This document shows, piece by piece, positions 27,441-39,134 of a stretch of DNA of 64,000 bases; positions within the stretch are counted from its first letter, which is position 1; each line of letters begins with the position of its first letter. The notes below the pieces were generated by a model. The model searched no databases. It had not been told where the DNA came from and worked only from the letters and a program-made list of their open reading frames with translations. The translations under genes were made by a program, and so were the position numbers. The stretch is from Bacteroidia bacterium (GTDB lineage: Bacteria > Bacteroidota > Bacteroidia > Bacteroidales > VadinHA17). The DNA is taken from assembly GCA_026391215.1 (NCBI GenBank), contig JAPLDX010000056.1, positions 107,452 through 171,451 on the forward strand, written 5' to 3'.

Positions 27441-29093
27441 ATGAAGATAACAGTTGCACAGCTGAATTACCATATCGGCAATTTTGACGGTAACAGGGAT
27501 CTTATTTGCAGCGCCATACGTAAAGCAAAGAGTGAAGGATCCGAACTTATAGTTTTCTCGGAACTCTGCGTCCCCGGGTATCCTCCTCTCGATCTGCTTG
27601 ACCGTCTTGATTTCATAGAAAAATGCAACCGGACTGTTGAAGAAATCTCAAATGAATGCAAAGGAATAGTGGCAATAGTAGGATCGCCAACTGTCAATAA
27701 AAACCCTCAGGGGAAAAAACTTTTCAATTCAGCACTTGTACTGTCTGAAGGCAGGATAATCTTTTCTGCCAATAAAGCTCTCCTCCCCACTTATGATATC
27801 TTTGATGAATACAGGTATTTTGAACCAGGAAAAAGCTTTTCTATATTCCCTTTCAAGGGATTAAAGCTTGCCGTTACAATTTGTGAGGATCTGTGGGATG
27901 AACAATCATTTGATAATGAATTTGAGAAGAAAAGGCTCTATACTTTATCCCCGATGGAAGAGCTGGTAAAATATGATCCGGATATCATTATAAATATTTC
28001 AGCATCACCGTTCTCTTATTCAAAAATTGATTCAAAAGCTGACATTTTCAAAGCCAAAGCAGCAAAGTATGATATCCCTGTAATCAATGTGAATCAGACA
28101 GGCGCAAATTCCGAGCTGATTTTTGATGGAGCCTCCATGATTGTCAGCAGCAAAGGTGAGATTATCAGAAGATTGCCCTTCTTTGAGGAATCTGTTGAAA
28201 CAATTTCTTCAGAAGAAATATCTGACGCGGTCATTTCAGAAGGCAAGGGAAGCCCTGATCACATTGAACTGATCTATAAAGCTCTTGTAACCGGGATCCG
28301 TGATTACTTTGCCAAAACAAATTTCAAATCTGCAATACTCGGCCTTTCAGGCGGTATAGATTCGTCATTATGTCTTTGTCTGGCAGCGGAGGCACTTGGA
28401 AATACGAATGTAAGAGCTTTACTGATGCCATCAAGATATTCATCGGAACACTCTGTTAAAGATGCTGTTGCACTTGCTGAAAACCTTGGAATACACTATG
28501 ACATCATCAACATTGAAAAACCGTTCCGAGCATTTGAGGAAGATCTTGAACCCCTGTTCAAAGGGAGGCGGCCTGATGTTACCGAAGAAAATATCCAGGC
28601 CAGGATCAGGGCTGTTCTGCTTATGGCAGTATCCAACAAATCAGGCAGCATTCTTCTGAATACTTCCAACAAGAGCGAAGCTGCAGTAGGCTATGGTACT
28701 CTGTACGGAGATATGGCAGGTGGATTGGCTGTGCTGGGCGATGTCTATAAAACAGATATATACCGCCTTGCAGATTACGTGAACAGAGACCGGGAAATTA
28801 TTCCGCTGAATACTATCAGGAAACCGCCTTCCGCTGAGCTGAGACCGGATCAGATTGATACGGATTCTCTCCCTGAATATAAGATACTGGACTCAATACT
28901 TTACCAGTATATTGAACTTCAGAAGCCTGCGGAAAGGATCTCAGGCGAAGGTATTGACGCGGCAGCAATTGAAAAGGTCATAAGGATGATAAACAGCAAT
29001 GAATATAAAAGATACCAGGCCCCTCCAATTCTCAGAATATCATCAAAATCCTTCGGCCCCGGAAGGAGAATGCCACTGGTAGCTAAGTACTGA
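27441..29093 (+). CDS. nadE: Glutamine-dependent NAD+ synthetase
   Basis: Nitrilase domain (E, K, TICEDLW) plus GLSGGIDS, ENIQARIR, NKSE, PPSAELRP. Confidence 0.97.
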   Translation: MKITVAQLNYHIGNFDGNRDLICSAIRKAKSEGSELIVFSELCVPGYPPLDLLDRLDFIEKCNRTVEEISNECKGIVAIVGSPTVNKNPQGKKLFNSALVLSEGRIIFSANKALLPTYDIFDEYRYFEPGKSFSIFPFKGLKLAVTICEDLWDEQSFDNEFEKKRLYTLSPMEELVKYDPDIIINISASPFSYSKIDSKADIFKAKAAKYDIPVINVNQTGANSELIFDGASMIVSSKGEIIRRLPFFEESVETISSEEISDAVISEGKGSPDHIELIYKALVTGIRDYFAKTNFKSAILGLSGGIDSSLCLCLAAEALGNTNVRALLMPSRYSSEHSVKDAVALAENLGIHYDIINIEKPFRAFEEDLEPLFKGRRPDVTEENIQARIRAVLLMAVSNKSGSILLNTSNKSEAAVGYGTLYGDMAGGLAVLGDVYKTDIYRLADYVNRDREIIPLNTIRKPPSAELRPDQIDTDSLPEYKILDSILYQYIELQKPAERISGEGIDAAAIEKVIRMINSNEYKRYQAPPILRISSKSFGPGRRMPLVAKY

Positions 29094-31545
29094 AAAAAAC
29101 TCTTTTTACCCTGCCGGGGATTGAGGTAAGTATCTCATAAGGGATGGTTCCGCATTTTTCGGACAGCTCGTCGATCCTGATATTTTCACCGAAGATCTCA
29201 GCCTCATCGCCTTCTTCAGCTTTCAGACCGGTAATGTCAGCCATACACATATCCATGCATATATTTCCAATTATTGACACCCTGGTTTTTCTGATAAAAA
29301 GGGATCCGTTCCTGTTGCCGAGCCTTCTGTTAAGACCATCAGCATAGCCCACAGGAAAGATGGCAACAGTCCGTTCCATATCTGACACATCAGCACATCC
29401 ATATCCGACAGGCTCTCCTGCCGGAATCTTCTTTATTTGAGAAATCCTTGTCTTAAAGCGTCCTGCCGGCTTCAGGTTCAGTCCTTCAAAGCTGCCGACA
29501 CCATAAATGCCTATGCCCGGCCGTACCATATCAAACTGGTATTTAGGAAAACGCACGATACCCGAGGAATTGCAGATATGTTTGAGGAACTGGTATCCTG
29601 TCGCTGTCCTGATTTTTTCAGCAGCTTCAATGAATATTTCTGCCTGGCGATTAGTGAAGCTGTCAAACCGGGGATCGTCGCTCGCGGCAAAATGAGAAAA
29701 AACCGATACTATTTTCAGGGATTCAAGAGATCTGATAAGTAATGCCAGCTCCTCAATATCATCAGGCAGGAAGCCAAGCCTGTGCATCCCGCTGTCGATC
29801 TTGATATGGACAGGGTAATGAATCAGTCCGTGTTTAGAGGCAACCTCCGAAAATTTCTTAAGAGATTCGAAGTTGTATATCTCAGGTTCCAGATCATACC
29901 TGATCATTAGTTCTGCCGATGAGCTTTCAGGATTCATTACCATAACAGGCAGAGTAACTCCTGCATTTCTCAGTTCAACTCCTTCATCGGCATAAGCAAC
30001 ACCGAGATAACTTACACGTTGGAACTCAAGTAATCCTGCAATCTCAGCAGGACCTGCCCCGTATGCAAAAGCCTTTACCATCGCCATAATGCGCGTTCCG
30101 GGATCAAGGTATTGCCTGAATTCGTTGAGGTTATGCACTATAGCATCCAAATTCACCTCAAGAACAGTCTGATGTACCTGCTGTTCAAGGAGTTTCCCTA
30201 TTCTTTCGAACTCAAATTTTCGGGCTCCTTTCAGAAGAATTATCTCGCTATGGAACTGATCAGGATTAAAGCGATGTACAAATTCATCAGTGGAATAATA
30301 GAATACTGCATCTTGTGCAAAAAACGAGCTGTTCCTTGCAAGCGCAGGGCCGATTCCTATGAATTTGTATAGCCCGTTTTTCTTTACCAGATCCGCCACC
30401 CCGCTGTACAACTCCTTTTCGTCCCTTCCGCTTTGAACAAAATCTGAGAGAATAAGTGTGGCTTTCCTGTTATTCTGCCCCTTCAGGTATTCAATAGCCA
30501 TTCCAAGAGAGCCAGGATCCGAATTATAATAATCTTCAACAAGCTGGCTGTTGTTGATGCCTGCTTTAATTTCCATCCTCATGGCTACTGATAACAGGTT
30601 GCCCATTCCTTTTTTGATAATCTCCGGATCTTTCCCCATCGACAGACATACTGCTGCGACAGTAATTGCATTTTCCGTTGAAGCCCGGTCATTGAATGGA
30701 ATAACGAAATCATATGTTTTCCCCTGGTAACTAGTTTCAAGTTTTGTCCCACTTCCGGGCAATGAACTCTTTTTTACAAAGATTGATGCATGTGCATTTT
30801 CACATGACCAATCTATGAGTTTCTTCCCCTTTAGTGACCGGTCATTCATTACCAGCTTGTGAATAATTTTTTGGTCACTGCAATAAATTATCATTGAGGC
30901 ATTTGCAAAAAGCTTAAGCTTCTCCCCTGCTTTTGCGGTGATATCAGGGAAGCTCTCACTATGGGCATCACCTATATTTGTAATCACCCCTATCTCAGGA
31001 TCAATAATTTTCCGGAGGTTTTCCATTTCACCGGGCTGTGATATTCCGGCTTCAAATATTCCGATGGTATACCTGTCATCCAGTTTCAGTATCGACAACG
31101 GCACTCCGATTTGGGAATTATAGCTTTTTGGACTTCTAATAACCGCTGCTGAAAGCCCAAGTATATCTGCAAGCCATTCCTTTACTATAGTTTTCCCTGT
31201 ACTGCCGGTAACTGCGATTACAGTGGACTTAAATAATTTTCGGTGATAAGCTGCAAGAAGCTGAAGTGCAGTAACTGTATTTTCCGTCTGAATGAAAGCT
31301 GCATCAAGATAAATGCTCATATCTCCCGGCACTCTCTCAACAACAAATACCCTGATCCCTTTTTTATAAAGCGAATCAATAAATAAATGCCCGTCATGGT
31401 TCTTACCATGTAGTGCAAAGAATGCAAGTCCTTCTGCAACGCTGAACCGGCGGCTGTCAGTAAGAATATCCGAAACTTCCAGACCAGGATTTATAGTTAG
31501 GGTTCCGTTGACTATCCGGGCAATATCTGAAGCAGTATATCTCAT
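29083..31545 (-). CDS. alr: Bifunctional MurF-like ligase / alanine racemase
   Basis: AVTGSTGKT Mur domain; [11 protein letters not shown] lysine, [19 protein letters not shown]. Confidence 0.93.
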   Translation of the reverse strand: MRYTASDIARIVNGTLTINPGLEVSDILTDSRRFSVAEGLAFFALHGKNHDGHLFIDSLYKKGIRVFVVERVPGDMSIYLDAAFIQTENTVTALQLLAAYHRKLFKSTVIAVTGSTGKTIVKEWLADILGLSAAVIRSPKSYNSQIGVPLSILKLDDRYTIGIFEAGISQPGEMENLRKIIDPEIGVITNIGDAHSESFPDITAKAGEKLKLFANASMIIYCSDQKIIHKLVMNDRSLKGKKLIDWSCENAHASIFVKKSSLPGSGTKLETSYQGKTYDFVIPFNDRASTENAITVAAVCLSMGKDPEIIKKGMGNLLSVAMRMEIKAGINNSQLVEDYYNSDPGSLGMAIEYLKGQNNRKATLILSDFVQSGRDEKELYSGVADLVKKNGLYKFIGIGPALARNSSFFAQDAVFYYSTDEFVHRFNPDQFHSEIILLKGARKFEFERIGKLLEQQVHQTVLEVNLDAIVHNLNEFRQYLDPGTRIMAMVKAFAYGAGPAEIAGLLEFQRVSYLGVAYADEGVELRNAGVTLPVMVMNPESSSAELMIRYDLEPEIYNFESLKKFSEVASKHGLIHYPVHIKIDSGMHRLGFLPDDIEELALLIRSLESLKIVSVFSHFAASDDPRFDSFTNRQAEIFIEAAEKIRTATGYQFLKHICNSSGIVRFPKYQFDMVRPGIGIYGVGSFEGLNLKPAGRFKTRISQIKKIPAGEPVGYGCADVSDMERTVAIFPVGYADGLNRRLGNRNGSLFIRKTRVSIIGNICMDMCMADITGLKAEEGDEAEIFGENIRIDELSEKCGTIPYEILTSIPGRVKRVFFST

Positions 31546-32129
31546 TTGTCTTTTCCTATAGATTTATTATAACAAGTTCTGCAGAGCGGTTCATACTTAT
31601 CCTTTTCACCCAGTACTACAACCTGTTCCTCTGCCGATTTTCTGAATGAATACTGGGCAAGGTTGCCGCATCTCATGCATATTGCATGAACTTTGGTGAC
31701 AAATTCGGCAATAGCAAGAAGACCAGGCATCGGGCCAAAGGGATTCCCCAGAAAATCCATATCAAGTCCTGCGATTACTATCCTTATACCGTTATCAGCC
31801 AGCTTATTACAGACATCGATTATCGTATTGTCAAAAAACTGTGCTTCGTCAATGCCTACCACATCCACATCTCCGGCCAGCAATAAAATTGCAGAGGCAT
31901 TGTCTACAGGAGTGGACAATATTGATTTTTCGTCGTGAGAAACTACCCTTGATTCAGAATATCGATTATCAAGAGACGGTTTGAATATCTCAACTTTCAG
32001 ACTGGCAAACTGGGCTCTGCGCAATCTGCGTATGAGCTCTTCTGTCTTACCGGAGAACATTGAACCGGTAATAACTTCTATTGATCCCCTTTTACCGGTC
32101 GCTCTGACTGAATTCTCAAGAAAATCCAT
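31542..32129 (-). CDS. tdk: Thymidine kinase
   Basis: [25 protein letters not shown] and CRTC Zn motifs. Confidence 0.97.
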   Translation of the reverse strand: MDFLENSVRATGKRGSIEVITGSMFSGKTEELIRRLRRAQFASLKVEIFKPSLDNRYSESRVVSHDEKSILSTPVDNASAILLLAGDVDVVGIDEAQFFDNTIIDVCNKLADNGIRIVIAGLDMDFLGNPFGPMPGLLAIAEFVTKVHAICMRCGNLAQYSFRKSAEEQVVVLGEKDKYEPLCRTCYNKSIGKDK

Positions 32130-32247
32130 TTTTAATTAATCTCTGCTGTTATGTACCATTTTGTAATTATATCCCGTTTCGACTTGTGGAATATTACTTA
32201 CTTTTGCAAAATAAGAAAATTGGTTTGTTTTATTAACATTAAAAGAT

Positions 32248-32847
32248 ATGGATTTCAACGCAACCGTTGATTTAATTCTAAAAGACCTTAATGAAGCACG
32301 GGAAATTATTGATGATCTTAAAAATTATCCGGGTGTGCCAGAGCTGCAGGTCGAACTGGCAAAATCAAAATGCAAGAGTGCAGGGGATGTGATCGCTCTT
32401 CTCAAGAAACGTAAGCCATATGAGGAGGTTAGCTCGAAACCTGAGACTCCACGGACAGCTCCTGTCATTGAAGAGAAAGTGTCCGACAACATCCCGGATA
32501 AACCTGCCGGGTCTGCCATTCTTGCTGACACATTCGGCCTTACTGACGGAATAAATGAGAAGATGGGAAGCATGAGAGCCGATGATAATGTTTCTGAAAT
32601 CATGAAGGCAAAACCTTTAAGTAATCTCGCTGATGCAATAGGTGTAAATGATAAGTTCCTTTTCATCAGGGAACTGTTTAAAGGGAGTCCGGAATCATAT
32701 AATCAGGCTATTGCCAATCTCGATAGGGCTGTGAGTTTTACTGAAGCGAGGGAAGTCCTGAGGAGACTTACCGGTGATAAAAAGGAAACTGAAGTTGCAA
32801 AACAGCTTCTTGAAATGGTAAAGCGCAAATTCCCCTTTGATGAGTAA
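32248..32847 (+). CDS. Conserved hypothetical protein
   Basis: ORF coupled to rsmI; C-terminal IGVNDKFLFIRELF motif recalled from Bacteroidota; TACTTTTG box at 32199. Confidence 0.75.
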   Translation: MDFNATVDLILKDLNEAREIIDDLKNYPGVPELQVELAKSKCKSAGDVIALLKKRKPYEEVSSKPETPRTAPVIEEKVSDNIPDKPAGSAILADTFGLTDGINEKMGSMRADDNVSEIMKAKPLSNLADAIGVNDKFLFIRELFKGSPESYNQAIANLDRAVSFTEAREVLRRLTGDKKETEVAKQLLEMVKRKFPFDE

Positions 32848-33514
32848 GCTGATCCTTGTCCCAACTCCAATCGGCAATCTCAAGGATATCACTTACCGGG
32901 CTGTAGAAACACTTGAAAATGCTGATCTTATCCTTGCTGAAGATACACGTCATGCTTCAAAGCTGCTTAACCACTATAACATACGATCTGCGTTGCAGTC
33001 ACACCATATGTTCAATGAGCATAAGAGTGTGGAATCCATCTGTTCCAGGATCCTTTCAGGAACAACAATTGCCCTGATAACTGATGCCGGCACTCCCGGT
33101 ATTTCTGATCCGGGATTCCTGCTGGTAAGATCATGTCTTGAAAAAGGTATCCCCGTTGAAACCCTTCCGGGTCCTACTGCCCTGATACCGGCAATTGTGA
33201 ATTCCGGACTGCCCTGTGACAGGTTCTGCTTTGAAGGATTTCTCCCTGCGAAAAAGGGAAGGAATAAAAGGCTTACAGGGCTTGAGGAAGAGACAAGGAC
33301 AATGGTATTTTATGAATCCCCGTACCGGCTAGTAAAAACTCTTGATGAGATGGCTCAGCATTTCAGAAGTGACAGGGAAGCATGTGTCTCAAGAGAGATC
33401 AGTAAAATATATGAAGAGAATTTGAGAGGCACATTGTCTTATCTTTCAGATCATTACAAGACTAAACCGCCAAAAGGTGAAATAGTGATTGTAGTGGCAG
33501 GAAAGAAAGATTAA
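32840..33514 (+). CDS. rsmI: 16S rRNA (cytidine(1402)-2'-O)-methyltransferase
   Basis: PTPIGNLKDIT, AEDTR, DAGTPGISDPG, YESPYR. Confidence 0.97.
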   Translation: MSKLILVPTPIGNLKDITYRAVETLENADLILAEDTRHASKLLNHYNIRSALQSHHMFNEHKSVESICSRILSGTTIALITDAGTPGISDPGFLLVRSCLEKGIPVETLPGPTALIPAIVNSGLPCDRFCFEGFLPAKKGRNKRLTGLEEETRTMVFYESPYRLVKTLDEMAQHFRSDREACVSREISKIYEENLRGTLSYLSDHYKTKPPKGEIVIVVAGKKD

Positions 33515-33526
33515 TCCGACCCTGAG

Positions 33527-36220
33527 ATGAAACGAATTGTACTGCTATTTACTATTTCACTGGTTGCAACATTCCTTTCGCATGCCCAGGTACTTAAAGG
33601 GAGGATCACCAATGAATCGGGTGAAGCAATACAATATGCAACAGTATATATACAGGAGCTTAAGCAGGGAACGACGGCCAATACAAAAGGTGATTATGAG
33701 ATAAAGCTGCCGGCCGGCAAATACATGGTGACATACCAGAGCCTTGGATATTCTCCTGTTTTCTATGATATTACAATTCCAAGTCAGACAATAACCAGAA
33801 ATGTAACCCTGCCTCTCCAGTACTATGAAATCCCGGAAGTAAGGATTACAGCTTCCGGGGAAGATCCTGCATACGGAATTATGAGAAAAGCCATCGGCAT
33901 GGCTCCCTATTACCTGAATAACATTAGTTACTATAAAGCAGATGTCTACCTTAAAGGGAACCTTATTTTCAATAAGATACCGAAGATAATGCAGAAGGCG
34001 ATGAAAATGGAATCTTCTGACGAAGATGGATCAACAACCAGTACCAGGATCAAAGAGGGTGACGTATTTATAATGGAATCATATAATGAGATTGAATTCA
34101 CTGCTCCCGATAAATATGTGCAGAAGGTAATTTCTATAAACAGTACTTTCCCCGACGAGGGTAATGATATATCGCCAATGGATATTATCAATGCCAGCTT
34201 TTATCAGCCGTTCATTGCAGATTTAGCTATTTCCCCGCTTTCTCCACAGGCTTTTTCGCATTATAAATTCAAATACCTGGGAGCAACGCCTCAGGGAAAT
34301 AACATAATAAATAAAATACAGGTCATCCCAAAAATAAAAAGCCAGCAGCTCTTTGAAGGTACGATTTATATCATAGAAGATCTCTGGTGTCTTTACAGTG
34401 TTGATCTCACAAATGAAAACATAGCCGGAACCATTAATGTCCAGCAATTATATATTCCCGTACAGGATGATATATGGATGCCTGTAAGTCATAAATTTAA
34501 AGTCAATCTTGAAATTGTTGGTATCAGGGCAGATGCAGGTTACGGCAGTTCAGTCAAGTATACCGAAGTCAGGCTAAATACTTCACTGAGAAAGCCGGAA
34601 TCGATAGATGTAGACTATTTCGGGAAACAGGTCTCTCCTCAACCCGTACAGGATTTGCCTGTTAACAAAAACCAGGAAAAGATCGGGGAGATCCTGGAAA
34701 AGGGTGAACTGACAAACCGTGATATGGTAAAGCTTACCCGACTGATGGAAGAAGAATCTGAAAATGCTCTGCCCGACAGTATCAGGAACAGTCTGGAGAT
34801 CAAGGACAATACAATTACCACTGTTGAAAAGGATGCAAATAAGAAAGACAGCACCTATTGGGCAGAGATAAGGCCTATCCCCCTCTCCGAAATCGAAATT
34901 AAAAGCATCAGGGTACGTGACAGTATAAAACTGGAATCATCCCTTCAGGAGTTGAAAACCGACACTCTGGTTGCAGGTGAAGAAAAGAAGAAAAGCAAAT
35001 TCATTAGTACACTTAATGATATCGGATTCGGACATAGATGGTCCGATACAACAGGATTCAGCTTTACATTTGGAGGGCTGCTCGACCTTGAAAATATGAG
35101 TTTCAATACTGTCGATGGCTTTATTTACGGCATTGATTTCCGACTCTCAAAGAGCTGGAAGAATAAAACTTCGCTTTCACTCTACCCAAATTTTTGGTAT
35201 GCTTTCAATCGCGAGAGCCTCATGTGGAGATTAAACGGAAATTATACTTATGACAGGAGCAGGCAGAAACAGTTTTTCTTCAGGGCAGGAATGGCAAGCA
35301 GGGATATTGGCACAGGGGGAAGCATAAATACTTTAGTAAATTCTGTTTCGTCATTGTTTTTTGAAGAAAACTACCTTAAACTTTTCGAAAATGATTATGT
35401 TGCTGTCGGCCACAGGAGCAGGATCTCAACCGGAATAAATCTTGAAATGACTGCCGAATATGACAAAAGAACGGCGCTTGACAATTCAACCTCATTCTCA
35501 TTCATCAAATCATCGCATGGATATTCAGATAATGTTCCTGATAATTATTACCTGTCGGATGAAGCAGATTCAACATATGCATTGCGCGACCAGAAGCATT
35601 TTGAATTTGTAACAAATATTACATTTACTCCCAGGCAGAAATACAGAATTATTGATAGTACAAAAGTCCCATGGGGTTCTGACTGGCCGACTTTTGTCCT
35701 TACATGGAAGCATGGAATAAATGAATTCCCTGAATTATTAAACAGCTACAAGCACTTTGATATGATCAGGTTAGAGGCATCCAAACATCATGATCTGGGG
35801 GCATTCAGCGAATTCACATGGAGAGTCAGGGCAGGTGGATTCCTGAATAAGAAGAACCTGACCTTTTATGATTTTTTCCATTATAATGCCCAGCCCCTGC
35901 CCGTTCTTCTGGACAATTACGAGGATGCATTCAGGCTTCCTGCATATTATTCCCTGAGCTCTCCTGATTTTTACGGTGAAGCCCATATCAAATACACAAC
36001 ACCATACCTGCTGCTAAAATACCTCCCCGGCCTGAGCAAAACACTGATGCGCGAAAATCTGAGTGTTTCATGGCTCGGTTCAAAATTCCACCACAGCTAT
36101 ACCGAAATAGGTTATAGTATAAGTGAACTGCTCCTCCTGGGCGAACTTGGTGTTTATGCCGGATTTGAAAACCTAAAGTACAAAAGCATCGGAGTCAGGC
36201 TCGTACTGAGGCTGAATTAA
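33527..36220 (+). CDS. CarboxypepD_reg-like domain plus DUF5686-like outer-membrane protein
   Basis: Signal peptide, N-terminal prealbumin-like domain (GTTANTKG..I...SLGY), EDPAYGIMRKAI, SPLS....HYKF, beta-strand C-terminus. Confidence 0.8.
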   Translation: MKRIVLLFTISLVATFLSHAQVLKGRITNESGEAIQYATVYIQELKQGTTANTKGDYEIKLPAGKYMVTYQSLGYSPVFYDITIPSQTITRNVTLPLQYYEIPEVRITASGEDPAYGIMRKAIGMAPYYLNNISYYKADVYLKGNLIFNKIPKIMQKAMKMESSDEDGSTTSTRIKEGDVFIMESYNEIEFTAPDKYVQKVISINSTFPDEGNDISPMDIINASFYQPFIADLAISPLSPQAFSHYKFKYLGATPQGNNIINKIQVIPKIKSQQLFEGTIYIIEDLWCLYSVDLTNENIAGTINVQQLYIPVQDDIWMPVSHKFKVNLEIVGIRADAGYGSSVKYTEVRLNTSLRKPESIDVDYFGKQVSPQPVQDLPVNKNQEKIGEILEKGELTNRDMVKLTRLMEEESENALPDSIRNSLEIKDNTITTVEKDANKKDSTYWAEIRPIPLSEIEIKSIRVRDSIKLESSLQELKTDTLVAGEEKKKSKFISTLNDIGFGHRWSDTTGFSFTFGGLLDLENMSFNTVDGFIYGIDFRLSKSWKNKTSLSLYPNFWYAFNRESLMWRLNGNYTYDRSRQKQFFFRAGMASRDIGTGGSINTLVNSVSSLFFEENYLKLFENDYVAVGHRSRISTGINLEMTAEYDKRTALDNSTSFSFIKSSHGYSDNVPDNYYLSDEADSTYALRDQKHFEFVTNITFTPRQKYRIIDSTKVPWGSDWPTFVLTWKHGINEFPELLNSYKHFDMIRLEASKHHDLGAFSEFTWRVRAGGFLNKKNLTFYDFFHYNAQPLPVLLDNYEDAFRLPAYYSLSSPDFYGEAHIKYTTPYLLLKYLPGLSKTLMRENLSVSWLGSKFHHSYTEIGYSISELLLLGELGVYAGFENLKYKSIGVRLVLRLN

Positions 36221-36234
36221 GGTTCCTCTTCAGA

Positions 36235-37755
36235 TCATGCAAAGGGAGGCTCTTCGTGATTGTCAAATTCATTATCGAATTTCCCGCTCACGTTCCGGAG
36301 ATTATCATGATTCATCTTAGAACCAAGTATTATGCTTTGAGTTCCTCCTGGTTCAGGGCTGGCGTCCATGTCAAACTCATCAATATCGACAAACTGAGCC
36401 TTCTCCTCCCGGAATCTGAGTTTTACATCGTCGACAGGACCGTTACGGTTTTTCGCGAGGATGATTTCAGCAATACCCTTTGTTGATGATCCGTCGTCAA
36501 AAGCCGGTATACCGAATTTTTCCTGGCGGTGAATAAATACGACCATATCTGCGTCCTGCTCAATAGCGCCTGATTCGCGAAGGTCAGAAAGAAGAGGACG
36601 CTTGGTACCGCCTCTCATTTCCACGGACCTGTTTAGCTGGGAAAGTGCAATTATAGGCACATTAAGCTCCTTGGCAATACTCTTCAGCGACCGGGATATG
36701 TTGCTCACTTCCTGTTCCCGGCTTCCGGCATTCTCAGGACCAGTCATCAGCTGAAGATAGTCCACAATAACAAGATCCAGCTTATGTTGAGCCATCAGGC
36801 GGCGGCATTTTGCCCTGAGCTCAAAAATTGATATTGCCGGAGTATCATCAATAAATATCGGAGCCTGAACAAGTTTTTTGATCCTGGTATCAAGCTGTTT
36901 CCATTCTTCTTCTGAAAGCCGTCCATTCCTGATCTTATCTCCAGGGATATCGGTTTCTGCAATTATGAGCCTGTTAACCAGCTGTATAGATGACATTTCA
37001 CAGGAAAATATTGCGACTTTTTTACCATGATCAATTGACATGTTCCGGGCCATTGAAAGTGCAAGGGCTGTTTTTCCCATTGACGGACGTGCAGCAATGA
37101 TTATCAGTTCTGATTTCTGCCATCCTGATGTCAGCCTGTCAAGCCTGGTAAATCCTGAAGGTATTCCTACCAGCGCATCTTCTCTTTTTCCTGCCTCCTC
37201 AATCTCCTTAATTGCTTCCTTGATAACCATATTGATCGGAGAGACTTCTCTCTTGATGTTGCCCTCTGCAATCTGGAACAATGCGTTTTCAGAGAAATCC
37301 AGCAGATCAGTAACATCAATTGAGTCATCAAACGACCTGGTTTGAATCTCAGATGATACCCTTATCAGCTCACGCTGAATATATTTCTGCGCCACAATCC
37401 TGGCATGATAATCAACATTCGCTGCCGAAACAACCTTTGAAGTAAGCTGCGTAAGATAAACCGGGCCGCCTACACTTTCAAGCTCATGATGATTGCTTAA
37501 TTCTTCGGTGACAGTATAAAGATCGACAGGATATTCCCTCAATGACAGATCTGAGATCGCCTTGAATATTTTCCTATGGGCATCCTTATAAAAACTTTCA
37601 GGCTTCAATATATCCAGTATGGTGATCACTGCTTCTTTTTCAAGCATTATCGCCCCCAGTACAGCCTCTTCCATATCTATAGCTTGTGGCGGGACCTTTC
37701 CGAAATCCGGTAATTGTGTTACGGTCATCCTGCTACCCGTTGTTTGTTTTGCCAT
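36235..37755 (-). CDS. dnaB: Replicative DNA helicase
   Basis: AARPSMGKT, IVDYLQLM, ALSQLNR, DLRESGAIEQDAD, AKNRNG. Confidence 0.98.
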   Translation of the reverse strand: MAKQTTGSRMTVTQLPDFGKVPPQAIDMEEAVLGAIMLEKEAVITILDILKPESFYKDAHRKIFKAISDLSLREYPVDLYTVTEELSNHHELESVGGPVYLTQLTSKVVSAANVDYHARIVAQKYIQRELIRVSSEIQTRSFDDSIDVTDLLDFSENALFQIAEGNIKREVSPINMVIKEAIKEIEEAGKREDALVGIPSGFTRLDRLTSGWQKSELIIIAARPSMGKTALALSMARNMSIDHGKKVAIFSCEMSSIQLVNRLIIAETDIPGDKIRNGRLSEEEWKQLDTRIKKLVQAPIFIDDTPAISIFELRAKCRRLMAQHKLDLVIVDYLQLMTGPENAGSREQEVSNISRSLKSIAKELNVPIIALSQLNRSVEMRGGTKRPLLSDLRESGAIEQDADMVVFIHRQEKFGIPAFDDGSSTKGIAEIILAKNRNGPVDDVKLRFREEKAQFVDIDEFDMDASPEPGGTQSIILGSKMNHDNLRNVSGKFDNEFDNHEEPPFA

Positions 37756-37962
37756 TTGTTATATTACTGATTTATTGATATTTAAGAGGGGACGAACGTT
37801 TTTTCCCCGGCAGTTTCAAAGGTATGAATAAGCCGATTTAATAATAGCAGCAAACAGCGTTTATTACAAACAACCAGTGTTAAGAACTTGTTGAAAAGCT
37901 AAAAGAGATCAGTATTACCCAAATTTCAAATCTAATGGTATTTTTACATCAAATGCCGGAAT

Positions 37963-38781
37963 ATGATTTCATTCCCGAAAGCTAAGATAAACCTGGGACT
38001 AAGGATCCTGGAAAAGCGTCCTGATAATTTTCATGATATTGAAACTGTCTTTTATCCTGTCGCTTTATCTGATGCTCTCGAATTTGTTGCATTACCCGGA
38101 AAAGTCAATGAGGATGAACTGGTCATTACCGGTATTAACATCCGGACACGTCCTGAAAAAAACCTGGTTATCAGGGCGATACGAAGACTAAGAACAATTT
38201 ATCCTGTTCCTCAACTCAAAATACATCTGCACAAAGCAATACCAACGGGTGCAGGACTCGGAGGCGGATCTTCGGATGCAGCATGCATTCTGAAAAGCAT
38301 AAACAAATGTTTCAGGTTTTCAATGACGGACATTGAACTGTTGAATATTGCACTGGAACTTGGAAGTGATTGTCCGTTCTTTCTGGATCCTGTTCCTTCA
38401 GTAGGTACAGGTCGCGGCGAAATATTAAAACATATCTCTCCGGTTCTGGAGGGATATCATATTGTACTCCTTAATCCGGGCTTCCTTATAAGTACAAAGG
38501 AAGCATATCACAACTGTCGTCCGGAGAAGAGGGACATAAGTCTCGAGCAGCTGATTGGCAGTCCGGTTTCTGCCTGGAAAAAATCGATAATCAATGATTT
38601 TGAGGATTTTGTTTTCAAGGTCTATCCGCTGGTCGGCGAACTTAAAAAAGCCCTGTACAAATCAGGAGCCATTTTCAGTTCAATGACAGGAAGCGGATCA
38701 AGTGTATATGGGATCTATGAGGGGAAGCCGAAGATCACGGACAGGTTGAAAAAGTATCTTATCTATGAAGGGATCCTATGA
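37963..38781 (+). CDS. ispE: 4-diphosphocytidyl-2-C-methyl-D-erythritol kinase
   Basis: AKINLGL, KAIPTGAGLGGGSSDAA, LGSDCPFF, MTGSGS. Confidence 0.96.
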   Translation: MISFPKAKINLGLRILEKRPDNFHDIETVFYPVALSDALEFVALPGKVNEDELVITGINIRTRPEKNLVIRAIRRLRTIYPVPQLKIHLHKAIPTGAGLGGGSSDAACILKSINKCFRFSMTDIELLNIALELGSDCPFFLDPVPSVGTGRGEILKHISPVLEGYHIVLLNPGFLISTKEAYHNCRPEKRDISLEQLIGSPVSAWKKSIINDFEDFVFKVYPLVGELKKALYKSGAIFSSMTGSGSSVYGIYEGKPKITDRLKKYLIYEGIL

Positions 38782-38783
38782 TC

Positions 38784-39101
38784 TTATTCCATCTCGAGCA
38801 GAACCATTCCTTTTGATACTTTATCTCCCTTACTCACCAGTATTTTTTTCACTTTACCGTCCACTTTGCATTTCAGATGATTCTGCATCTTCATTGCATC
38901 AAGTATCATAAGGTCATCACCCTTCCTGACTGACTGATCCGGTTTTACAAGGATATCCAGGACAGTTCCCGGAATAAAGCTCAGTATCAGATGCGGATCG
39001 GCTGGCTTATAAGGCTGCCTATTCCTGAATTTACTGCTTAGCCTTGTTTTATATAAGCCTGTTAGTAAGTTAAGGATCTCCATATTTTCAAACTGCTTCA
39101 T
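38784..39101 (-). CDS. Biotin carboxyl carrier protein
   Basis: DAMKMQN biotinylation motif in a biotinyl/lipoyl domain. Confidence 0.9.
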   Translation of the reverse strand: MKQFENMEILNLLTGLYKTRLSSKFRNRQPYKPADPHLILSFIPGTVLDILVKPDQSVRKGDDLMILDAMKMQNHLKCKVDGKVKKILVSKGDKVSKGMVLLEME

Positions 39102-39134
39102 GCTGATTATTATAATGTTCCTCTCTTCTGAAAA

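Noticed and set aside
29083-29093. Overlap of convergent nadE and alr 3' ends
   Set aside because: An 11-bp tail-to-tail overlap is common in compact genomes
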